A DNA stretch of 33,556 nucleotides. It comes from Candidatus Iainarchaeum sp. GTDB lineage: Archaea; Iainarchaeota; Iainarchaeia; Iainarchaeales; JAFGBZ01. The stretch spans positions 1 to 33,556 of the forward strand of contig JAFGBZ010000062.1 in the NCBI GenBank assembly GCA_016932875.1, given 5' to 3'. The notes below the pieces were generated by a model. The model worked only from the letters and a program-made list of their open reading frames with translations. It was not told where the DNA came from and ran no database searches. The position numbers and the translations under genes were made by a program. Positions 19,498 through 26,697 of this stretch are shown here, in pieces. Numbering within the stretch: the first letter of the stretch is position 1; each line of letters opens with the position of its first letter.

Positions 19498-19518
19498 TCC
19501 TCTTCTTTCTGTTTTTTT
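19482..19518 (+). terminator. Hairpin plus T-rich tract spanning the stop codon of the COG2403 gene
   Basis: AAGAGGATT-TATTT-AATCCTCTT (19482-19504), then CTTTCTGTTTTTTT. Confidence 0.5.
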
Positions 19519-19575
19519 AATAGCTCACTTAAAAGAAATAATTTAAAAAACTGTGTCACTAAAAATTAATGCATT

Positions 19576-19649
19576 GCACTCGTAGCGTAATGGTAGCGTT
19601 CGAGCCTTCCAAGCTCGCGGTTCGGGTTCGAATCCCGGCGAGTGCACCA
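19576..19649 (+). tRNA. tRNA-Gly(UCC), 3' CCA encoded
   Basis: Acceptor stem GCACTCG/CGAGTGC, anticodon arm CGAGC-CT-TCC-AA-GCTCG, T-loop GGTTCGAATCC, ends ACCA. Confidence 0.96.
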
Positions 19650-19695
19650 TTTTTTTCTAAAAACTATTAAATACTTCTTTTGAATTAAAGATAAT

Positions 19696-20310
19696 ATGGA
19701 AGGTAAATTCATTGTTTTTGAAGGCGTTGATGGAAGCGGTAAAAGCCTGATGGCTAGAATGGCTAAAGAATACATTCTAGAAGAAAAAGGTTATTCTCTT
19801 GATAAAGTGGTTTTAACCCAAGAACCAACTAATTCTTTTTTTGGAAGACAGGCAAGAGATTTACAGAAAACAGATAAAAATCCATTAAAGAACGCAGAAA
19901 AATGCTTTGACTTATATGTGAAAGACAGATTAAATCATTTAAGATATTTAATTGAACCTGCATTGCAGATGAATAAAATTGTTTTATGCGACAGATACAA
20001 GTATTCAACTTTTGTTTACCAGTCATTGCAGGGAATTAATGAAAAAAAAATAATTGAAATGCATGAAACAATGAGAATACCTGATTTAATACTGGTTTTT
20101 GATGTAAGAGCAAGAATTGCTTTAGAAAGAATTGGAAACAGAGGAACATTAGAAAAATTTGAGGAAAAAGAATTCATGGAAAAAGTTTCACGAGGTTTTT
20201 CAGGAATTAAAATTCATTTCAAAAAAGAAAACATTAAAATAATTGATGCAGAAAAACCTGCAGAAAAAGTATTTGAAGAAGTAAAAAAAGAATTAAAGCA
20301 GATTATATAA
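19696..20310 (+). CDS. tmk: Thymidylate kinase
   Basis: Motifs FIVFEGVDGSGKS, T.EPT, DR..H, CDRY.YS...YQ and PDL. Confidence 0.94.
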   Translation: MEGKFIVFEGVDGSGKSLMARMAKEYILEEKGYSLDKVVLTQEPTNSFFGRQARDLQKTDKNPLKNAEKCFDLYVKDRLNHLRYLIEPALQMNKIVLCDRYKYSTFVYQSLQGINEKKIIEMHETMRIPDLILVFDVRARIALERIGNRGTLEKFEEKEFMEKVSRGFSGIKIHFKKENIKIIDAEKPAEKVFEEVKKELKQII

Positions 20311-20312
20311 TT

Positions 20313-22850
20313 TCATGTTTCATTTGGAGTAAGCATTATAACTATTTTTGTTACTGCAATTGAAGTAATGTAAGCTAATGCACTCATTCCCAATAAGAAA
20401 ATCCATTGAATTAAATCAAGCGGAACCACATGAAATAAGGAATTAAGCGGAGTATAAATTACAAATAACTGAAGCATTACTGAAAAAGCTAAAGCAGCTA
20501 AAAGCCATTTATTTGAAAGCCATGTAAGCTGTTCCTGAAAACGAATGCTTCCAATTCTAATAAATTCATATAAAATAAATCCAGTGAACAAACAGGTTCT
20601 TGCAACTTCAAAACCATAAAAATGATTTGAAATTAAAAAAATCACTAAAAGCATTAAAGCTTTTTTTACTCCAATGAAAGTTATAAGCATTAACAATCGC
20701 TTGTTAAGAATTCCTTCAGATTTTTTTCTTGGAGGTTTTTTCATTATTCCTTTTACTGCTGGATCAAGCCCTAAAGCAAGTGCAGGAAGTCCATCGGTTA
20801 AAAGATTAATCCAAAGCAAATGAACAGGCATTAAGATTGGCTGATTTAATGTAAGAAAAACTGTTGCAAGAAATACAACTGTTACTTCAGCAATATTGCA
20901 GGTAAGCAAATAATTCACAAATTTTCTTATATTATCAAAAATTCTTCTTCCTTCTTCAACTGCTGCTTTAATTGAATTAAAATTATCATCCAATAAAATA
21001 ATGTCGCTTGCCTGCTTGGCTATTTCAGTTCCCTTTAAACCCATTGAAATTCCTACATCTGCTTTTTTCAGGGTTAAAGCATCATTTACTCCGTCGCCAG
21101 TCATTGCAACACGGTAATTCTTTTTTAATATTTCAAGAATTCTTAATTTATGAAATGAATCAGCTCTTGCAAAAATATTCACTCCTGATTTAAGTTTTTT
21201 TTCAAGCTCTGAATCAGTTAATTTTTCTAATTCTTTTCCTTCAATTACATCTTTGCTTTTCAAATTTATTTCATCAGCAATTGCTTTAGCAGTTTCAGGA
21301 TTATCGCCTGTGATCATTATAACTCTTATTCCTGCAGTAAGACAGTCAGCTAAAGCCTGTTTTACTTCTTCATGAGGCGGATCACGCATTGCCTGCAAGC
21401 CAATCCAAACTAAATTTTCTTCTAAATCTTTTTCCTTTGAATGAGTTTCCTTAAAAGCAAAACCTAAAACCCTTAAAGTTTTTGAAGCAAACTCTTTATT
21501 CTGCTGTAAAATTTCTTTTTTCTTTTTAGAAGTTAATGAAACAATTTTTCCGTTTTCATAAAATTTAGTGCATGATTCAATTAAAATTTCAGGAGCTCCT
21601 TTAGAAAAAACAAAAAAATCGGTTTTTGAATCTCCTTGTTTTACAACAACTGACATCATTTTTCTTTCAGAAGAAAAAGGAATTTCATTTACACGCCAGT
21701 ACTTTATAAGTTCATTCTGTGAAAAAAAAGAATCAGAAATTTTTTTCAAAGCAATTTCAGTCTGGTCTCCAAGATATTTTTCTTCCTGTTTTTCAGAATC
21801 ATTGCATAATGCTCCGCAAAGAAATAAATTTTTTAAAGCATTATTTTCTTTTATTATTGCTACAGTTATTTCTTCAGGTTTTAAAACAGAATCAATGAAA
21901 ACATTTGATACAGTCATTTCATTTTTTGTAAGAGTTCCTGTTTTATCAGTGCAGATAATATCAATTGCTCCAGCTGATTCAGTTACTGAAAGCTTTCTAA
22001 CCAAAGCATTTCTTTTAGCCATTGCATTTGAACCTAAAGCTAAAGCAAGAGTTACAACTGCTGGAAGCCCTTCAGGAATTGCAGCAACAGCTAAAGAAAC
22101 TGAAACCAGAATTGAATCATATAACCCATATTTGAATAAAGCAATAAAGAAAATAATAAGGATAATTCCTAAGGTAAGCAAAATTAATTTTTTGCTAAAT
22201 TCATTCATTTCATTCTGGAATGGGGTTTTTTCTTCTTTTATTTCTTCAAGCTTTTTTGCAATTCCTCCAATTTTTGAATTCATTCCTGTTTTTTCAACCA
22301 CTGCTTCAGCTCTGCCAATAAAAACAGAAGTATTCTTGAAAACAGTATCTGAAACTTTTTTGAGCACATCATCTGATTCGCCTGTAAGAATTGATTCATT
22401 CACTTTCAAACTGAATACTTCTAATAATTTTGCATCAGCAGGAACCACATCTCCTGATTCAAGAAAAATAATATCTCCTGGAACAAGTTCTTTTACAGGA
22501 ATTCTTTTTTTTACTCCGTCTCTTAAAACAACAGCCGAAGGAGAAGACATTTCCTGTAATGCTTCAACTGCTTTTTCTGCTTTAAATTCCTGAATAAATC
22601 CTGCAATGCCTGAAGCAAAAACAATTAATAAAATCAGAGCAGTATCAAATACTCTTGGCTCTTGTCCTGGAAGAAAACCAATTGAAAAAGAAACAACTGC
22701 AGCAGCAATTAATAAAAGAATTAAAGGAGAAGTAAACTGAGATAAAAAGATTTTCAAAGGACTTAATTTTACACTTCGAGCAATTTCATTTAATCCATGA
22801 ATTTCAAGCAACCTTAATGCTTCAGCAGATGAAAGCCCTTTATTAATCAA
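20313..22850 (-). CDS. P-type cation-transporting ATPase (type IIA, Ca2+-like)
   Basis: Motifs LTGES, PEGL, DKTGTLT, KGAPE, MITGD, TGDGVND and LWINL.TDGLPALAL. Confidence 0.94.
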   Translation of the reverse strand: MINKGLSSAEALRLLEIHGLNEIARSVKLSPLKIFLSQFTSPLILLLIAAAVVSFSIGFLPGQEPRVFDTALILLIVFASGIAGFIQEFKAEKAVEALQEMSSPSAVVLRDGVKKRIPVKELVPGDIIFLESGDVVPADAKLLEVFSLKVNESILTGESDDVLKKVSDTVFKNTSVFIGRAEAVVEKTGMNSKIGGIAKKLEEIKEEKTPFQNEMNEFSKKLILLTLGIILIIFFIALFKYGLYDSILVSVSLAVAAIPEGLPAVVTLALALGSNAMAKRNALVRKLSVTESAGAIDIICTDKTGTLTKNEMTVSNVFIDSVLKPEEITVAIIKENNALKNLFLCGALCNDSEKQEEKYLGDQTEIALKKISDSFFSQNELIKYWRVNEIPFSSERKMMSVVVKQGDSKTDFFVFSKGAPEILIESCTKFYENGKIVSLTSKKKKEILQQNKEFASKTLRVLGFAFKETHSKEKDLEENLVWIGLQAMRDPPHEEVKQALADCLTAGIRVIMITGDNPETAKAIADEINLKSKDVIEGKELEKLTDSELEKKLKSGVNIFARADSFHKLRILEILKKNYRVAMTGDGVNDALTLKKADVGISMGLKGTEIAKQASDIILLDDNFNSIKAAVEEGRRIFDNIRKFVNYLLTCNIAEVTVVFLATVFLTLNQPILMPVHLLWINLLTDGLPALALGLDPAVKGIMKKPPRKKSEGILNKRLLMLITFIGVKKALMLLVIFLISNHFYGFEVARTCLFTGFILYEFIRIGSIRFQEQLTWLSNKWLLAALAFSVMLQLFVIYTPLNSLFHVVPLDLIQWIFLLGMSALAYITSIAVTKIVIMLTPNET

Positions 22851-22920
22851 TTAAAAACACCTTAATAAAAAAAAAGAATTCATTGATATTTAAGGATTGC
22901 TGAAAAAGAAAAAAGTAATT

Positions 22921-23001
22921 AAATGCGAAGCAAAGACTGCTGAAAGCAGTCTACGCCTGCCGGCTGGCGTGACAGCTGAGCGGAGTGAGCAGCTGAAATG
23001 C
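22921..23001 (+). repeat. GC-rich multi-hairpin element (family A, divergent copy) abutting the 3' end of tRNA-Gly(CCC)
   Basis: GCGAAGC (22925-22931), AGACTGCT-GAA-AGCAGTCT (22934-22952), ACGCC/GGCGT (22953-22970) and CAGCTG/CAGCTG (22973-22995). AAATGC on both sides. Confidence 0.6.
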
Positions 23002-23070
23002 ATCTGCCGGGATTTGAACCCGAATCAAAAGCTTGGGAAGCTCTCATCCTAACCATTAGACTACAGATGC
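22999..23070 (-). tRNA. tRNA-Gly(CCC)
   Basis: Minus strand GCATCTG...AGAGC-TT-CCC-AA-GCTTT...GGTTCAAATCC...CAGATGC-A. No encoded CCA. Confidence 0.94.
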
Positions 23071-23117
23071 AACAAATTAATTGTTTTGAGAATTGTTTAA
23101 ATAATTACGCAAAAATC

Positions 23118-23152
23118 GCACCGGCAACTTACTCCTTCCTTTTGTTTTTAAA
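23118..23152 (+). promoter_or_regulatory. Promoter with shared upstream motif, copy 1 (HTH-LAGLIDADG gene)
   Basis: GCACCGGCAA (23118-23127)-N7-CTTCC-N5-TTTTTAAA (23145-23152)-N21-ATG 23174. Confidence 0.75.
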
Positions 23153-23173
23153 GGAAAAAAAACAAATTTTAGT

Positions 23174-24118
23174 ATGGAAAACCTTTACCTCAATATTGAA
23201 AAAGAAAAGCAAAGGAAACTTGTAGAAATACTAAAACAAAAAGCAGGATTTAGCTGGACTCAACTCGCAAGATTTTTAGGCGTTACAAGAGGAATGACAA
23301 TAAATTACCATACAGGAAAATGCAGAATGCCTTTTGAAAAAATTAAAATGCTGTTCAAGTTAACTAAAACAAGCTGGACTAAATTTGATTTAAAGTTTAT
23401 AGAAGTAAAAAACAAGCCAAAAAACCCAGTTATAAGCGAATTTGACGAAGACTTTGCTGAATTTCTTGGATTACTTTATGGCGATGGATGCTTAAGCAAG
23501 CATGGAAACGTAATCCATGTTACATGCAATGCTGTTTCTGACAGAAAATATGTTGAAGAAACTGTAAAACCAAAATTTGTCAAATTGTTTTCATTAGAAC
23601 CAAAAATAATAATCAATGAAAGCTGGATTCGCTGCCGTTTATATTCAAAAAAAGTTTCTGAATTTCTTTCAAACACTTTTGAAATCCCAATAGGAAAAAA
23701 GAAAGGAAAAATGAAAATTCCTAAAATAATTTATTCAAATCCGGTTTATTATAAAGCATTTTTGAGGGGATTGTTTGATACTGATGGTGGATTTCACAGG
23801 CATCATAAAAACAGTGCACAAATTCATTTTACTAGCGCTGATGAAAATTTTTTGAAAGAAACATGGAAATTATTATTAAAATTAGGGTTTAATGCTAAAT
23901 TAGGTAAAGAAGACATCTGGATTTTGGATTCTGTTGAAATCGATAAATTCTTTAAAGAAATAAATCCACATAATCCAAAACATATTTATAAATACAAAAA
24001 ATACAAAAAAACAGGAATTGTTCCATTACATAGAGAAATAGATTACGCTAAACTATTTGGAGTTTGCGACCGCCGGGAATCGAACCCGGCTCCAAAGCTT
24101 GGCAAGCTCCGATCATAA
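23174..24118 (+). CDS. Free-standing LAGLIDADG (intein/DOD-type) endonuclease-like protein with N-terminal HTH
   Basis: Cro/XRE-like segment SWTQLARFLGVTRGM..NY..G and two LAGLIDADG helices (AEFLGLLYGDG, AFLRGLFDTDG). The 3' end overlaps tRNA-Gly(GCC) in antisense. Confidence 0.85.
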   Translation: MENLYLNIEKEKQRKLVEILKQKAGFSWTQLARFLGVTRGMTINYHTGKCRMPFEKIKMLFKLTKTSWTKFDLKFIEVKNKPKNPVISEFDEDFAEFLGLLYGDGCLSKHGNVIHVTCNAVSDRKYVEETVKPKFVKLFSLEPKIIINESWIRCRLYSKKVSEFLSNTFEIPIGKKKGKMKIPKIIYSNPVYYKAFLRGLFDTDGGFHRHHKNSAQIHFTSADENFLKETWKLLLKLGFNAKLGKEDIWILDSVEIDKFFKEINPHNPKHIYKYKKYKKTGIVPLHREIDYAKLFGVCDRRESNPAPKLGKLRS

Positions 24119-24137
24119 ACCAATAGACTACGGTCGC
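24065..24137 (-). tRNA. tRNA-Gly(GCC)
   Basis: Minus strand GCGACCG...GGAGC-TT-GCC-AA-GCTTT...GGTTCGATTCC...CGGTCGC-A. Confidence 0.95.
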
Positions 24138-24169
24138 GTACAGAAAAAATTTCTTTTGCAAAAGGTTTA

Positions 24170-25861
24170 TTAAAGGAATTTTTTGATTAAAGAAAACAGC
24201 CATTCAATGAAATCATTTAATGGATTTGAAGATATTTCAGTTGTTTTCTGGGCTTCATCTTGTTTCTGTGTTTGAGGAATTATTACTGGTTCCTGCTTTA
24301 ATGGAACAAAAATTTCAGTAATTGATTTTAATTCATTTGATTCAATTACAAGAAAAACAGTTCCATAATTAAAAGAATCCAAAGAAAGATTCAATTGCTT
24401 TAATTCATTTCCGTTTAATGAAATTGTTTTTTCATCAAATTTTTTTTCATTGAATTCAAGCCATGCATTCAAATCAGTTTCAGCGGTTCCAGTATTTTGA
24501 ATTTTAAATGAAACTTTAAGGGAATTATTTTCCTTGAATGGACTTACATCAATTAATTTAATTTCCCCTTCCTGTGATACAACAATAGTTTCTTCAGGAA
24601 AAACATTTAATTCAATTTCTTTTTCTGAATCAGGAGAAAAAAACTTTCCTGTGTAAGTGAAGTATTTTCCTTTTTCTCCATCCAAAGGAGAAACAATAAT
24701 CCATTCTATTTCAATTGTTTTTCCTGGTTTTACTAATAAAAGATGTTTTTCTTTTTCTGAAATGAATTCTTCGTGAAGCAATAATTCAACTGGAAAAATC
24801 ATTTCAGTTGAAGCAATTGATTTAATTTTTGCTTTAACTGAAAATTTTTCGCCTAAAGAAAGCTTTTCAGGAAAAATTAATTCTGTTTCAGTTAAATCAG
24901 TGAAATGAGTTACTTTAATTATTTCAATTTCAGGTTTAAGCAAAGTCATTTCAATTTTCAAATCATTAACTGAATTAATTGTTGTTTCAACTGAACTGAA
25001 TTCATTTGCATCTTTTCCTTTGCTTAAAATAATGTGCGCTGCATCAACAAATCCTGCTTCAGAAAAAGTTGAATCAACCGGCAACCAGCCTTTCCCTTGA
25101 ATAAATAATTCATTCCATCCGTGGCTTCCGAATTCTTTTCCATCAAAACTTATTCCTGAAACATATTTTGCAGGAATTCCTTTAATGCGCGCGAAAGCTG
25201 CAGTTAAATTAGCAAATTCATCGCATACTCCTTTTCTTAACTCGTAAGTTTTTTTAGCTGAATTAATGAAAGGATAAAAATCATAATCATATTCAATATT
25301 GTTTGAAACCCAGTCAGTTATTTCCATTAAAGTTTCAATTGAAGCGCCTTTCCTGAATTCAATTCCTGCTTTAGCAATTAACTGTGGGTCATTTGATTCA
25401 ATAAAAAAAGTTGGATTTAAATAATCAGTAAATTCATCAAGAAATGCATTAAAATCCTGTTTTTTATTTAATTCTATTTCAGATTCGCGCTGAACCCTTG
25501 CTTTAATAATTATTTTAAATTCAGGATTTAAAGAAAATTCATTTAATTTATCAACTTTAAATACAGCATATCTTGAACCATTAATTATTTCTGATTCAGC
25601 TGAAAATTCTTTTCCATCAAAAAAAAGTTTTTCATTAAGTTCAGAAATTTTTTGCCCTTCAAATTCATTAAAGCTTAAAGCCTTGAAAGTAATTGAATCA
25701 TTTTCAGATGTTTTTCCTAAAAGAGTTCCTTCAGCAGTCATTGAAACAACTGCATCCATAAAAGAAATTGAATTAGGCTGTATTTCCAATGAAAAAGAAT
25801 TCATTAAAAAAAACATAAAAAATAAAATCAAAAACAATTTACTTAAATTCATAAAATTCAT
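24170..25861 (-). CDS. Exported transglutaminase-like (Cys-His-Asp) protein with C-terminal Ig/CARDB-like domains
   Basis: GVCDEFANL...R..GIPAKYVSG, H.W.E and GW.PVD.T. The signal peptide begins at MNFMNLSKLFLILFF, so the start is 25861 or 25852 rather than 26056. Confidence 0.85.
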   Translation of the reverse strand: MNFMNLSKLFLILFFMFFLMNSFSLEIQPNSISFMDAVVSMTAEGTLLGKTSENDSITFKALSFNEFEGQKISELNEKLFFDGKEFSAESEIINGSRYAVFKVDKLNEFSLNPEFKIIIKARVQRESEIELNKKQDFNAFLDEFTDYLNPTFFIESNDPQLIAKAGIEFRKGASIETLMEITDWVSNNIEYDYDFYPFINSAKKTYELRKGVCDEFANLTAAFARIKGIPAKYVSGISFDGKEFGSHGWNELFIQGKGWLPVDSTFSEAGFVDAAHIILSKGKDANEFSSVETTINSVNDLKIEMTLLKPEIEIIKVTHFTDLTETELIFPEKLSLGEKFSVKAKIKSIASTEMIFPVELLLHEEFISEKEKHLLLVKPGKTIEIEWIIVSPLDGEKGKYFTYTGKFFSPDSEKEIELNVFPEETIVVSQEGEIKLIDVSPFKENNSLKVSFKIQNTGTAETDLNAWLEFNEKKFDEKTISLNGNELKQLNLSLDSFNYGTVFLVIESNELKSITEIFVPLKQEPVIIPQTQKQDEAQKTTEISSNPLNDFIEWLFSLIKKFL

Positions 25862-25924
25862 TTTCCAATTTTTACTTTTTTGCAGAACAAAAAAGTGTTT
25901 TCTTTTACTTGAAATATTCCTTTT

Positions 25925-25989
25925 CAATTCCACTAAAGTGGAATTGCTTTTTTTGGGTGAACATAAGCCTTTTTTTCTAAAAAAGGCTT
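25925..25989 (-). repeat. AT-rich double-hairpin element (family B, copy 1) at the 3' end of tRNA-Arg
   Basis: Minus strand: AAGCCTTTTTT-AGA-AAAAAAGGCTT, 18-nt spacer ATGTTCAC..., then CAATTCCAC-TTTA-GTGGAATTG. Confidence 0.7.
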
Positions 25990-26062
25990 TGAGCCCGGAG
26001 GGATTCGAACCCCCAGCCGATTCGTCCGAAGCGAATTGCGCTATCCATTGCGCCACGGGCCC
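25990..26062 (-). tRNA. tRNA-Arg(UCG)
   Basis: Minus strand GGGCCCG...ATTCG-CT-TCG-GA-CGAAT...GGTTCGAATCC...CGGGCTC-A. Confidence 0.95.
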
Positions 26063-26163
26063 TGTTTATCTCTTTTATATTAATCATATAAGAGAGTATT
26101 TATTTTTTGGGTTATGGTTTAAAAACCTTTAAGGTAAAGAAAATAGTAATTGAGTGATTTAAA

Positions 26164-26319
26164 ATGAAGGTTTGTGGCAGTTGTAATAAAGAAGTTTCAG
26201 ATGATTTTGTTGAATTTAAATGTCCTAGTTGCGGTAAAAGCAATATAATTAGATGCCTGCATTGCCGTGCTACTTCAAAAGAATATAAATGCGAAGAATG
26301 CGGTTTTACCGGTCCATAG
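26164..26319 (+). CDS. Small Zn-ribbon protein (DUF1610/HVO_2753-like), below the ORF-track size cutoff
   Basis: MKVCGSCNKEVSDDFVEFKCPSCGKSNIIRCLHCRATSKEYKCEECGFTGP*. Four CxxC pairs, in the usual position upstream of aEF-1beta. Confidence 0.92.
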   Translation: MKVCGSCNKEVSDDFVEFKCPSCGKSNIIRCLHCRATSKEYKCEECGFTGP

Positions 26320-26327
26320 GTGAGTTA

Positions 26328-26591
26328 ATGGGCAAAATGATTGTTATTTACAGAATTAATCCTAAAGAACAAGAACAAGCAGAAGAATGTCTTGAAACCA
26401 TTAAATCAGGAAGTTTTTCAGGCGAATTAAGAGATGTTCAAATGGCTTCACCTGGATTTGGAATAAAAATAATTAAAGCAGCTTTTTTACTGCCTGATAA
26501 AGTTGAAGGCGTAGTAGATAAATTAACTGAAGAAATAACTGCATTAGATTTAGTTGAAGATGCAGAAGTAGAAGGAATGAATTTACTTTAA
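26328..26591 (+). CDS. ef1b: Translation elongation factor 1-beta
   Basis: MG..IV.YRI.P, P.FGIK, D.L.E.I..L..VE.AEV. GGTGA Shine-Dalgarno at 26319-26323 supports start 26328. Synteny with the Zn-ribbon gene. Confidence 0.85.
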   Translation: MGKMIVIYRINPKEQEQAEECLETIKSGSFSGELRDVQMASPGFGIKIIKAAFLLPDKVEGVVDKLTEEITALDLVEDAEVEGMNLL

Positions 26592-26659
26592 TTCTGCACT
26601 GCCGAAGGCGTGCTCACGTGCCAACGGAGTGAACCGTTGAAGGAATGAATTTACTTTAA
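26571..26659 (+). repeat. GC-rich hairpin element (family A, copy 1) flanked by a perfect 21-nt direct repeat of the ef1b 3' end
   Basis: GAAGGAATGAATTTACTTTAA at 26571-26591 and 26639-26659. Core 26592-26638 has two hairpins. Confidence 0.85.
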
Positions 26660-26697
26660 ATTAATTCTATAAACTTTTTCTTTTCTTTTAATATTAT

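Noticed and set aside
19566-19775. Short ORFs overlapping tRNAs (19566-19775 and 22998-23225)
   Set aside because: They are antisense translations of tRNA genes with no protein features.
21568-22593. 341-aa plus-strand ORF, and the similar long antisense ORFs 27132-28073, 10017-10559 and 25683-26132
   Set aside because: These are Ser/Phe/Ile-rich shadows of well-supported genes on the opposite strand, produced by codon bias.
25077-25084. ACCGGCAA partial match to the box
   Set aside because: It lies inside the transglutaminase catalytic motif (WLPVD) with no TATA or start at the right spacing.
25862-26056. N-terminal extension of the 628-aa ORF
   Set aside because: It runs through tRNA-Arg and a hairpin repeat. 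The real signal peptide starts at 25861 or 25852.
26289-26327. N-terminal extension of the EF-1beta ORF
   Set aside because: It overlaps the Zn-ribbon gene, and the GGTGA Shine-Dalgarno supports ATG 26328.
26571-26659. Repeat-spacer-repeat as a minimal CRISPR array
   Set aside because: The repeats are gene tails that differ between loci while the intervening sequence is the conserved part, the reverse of CRISPR. No cas genes are in the window.
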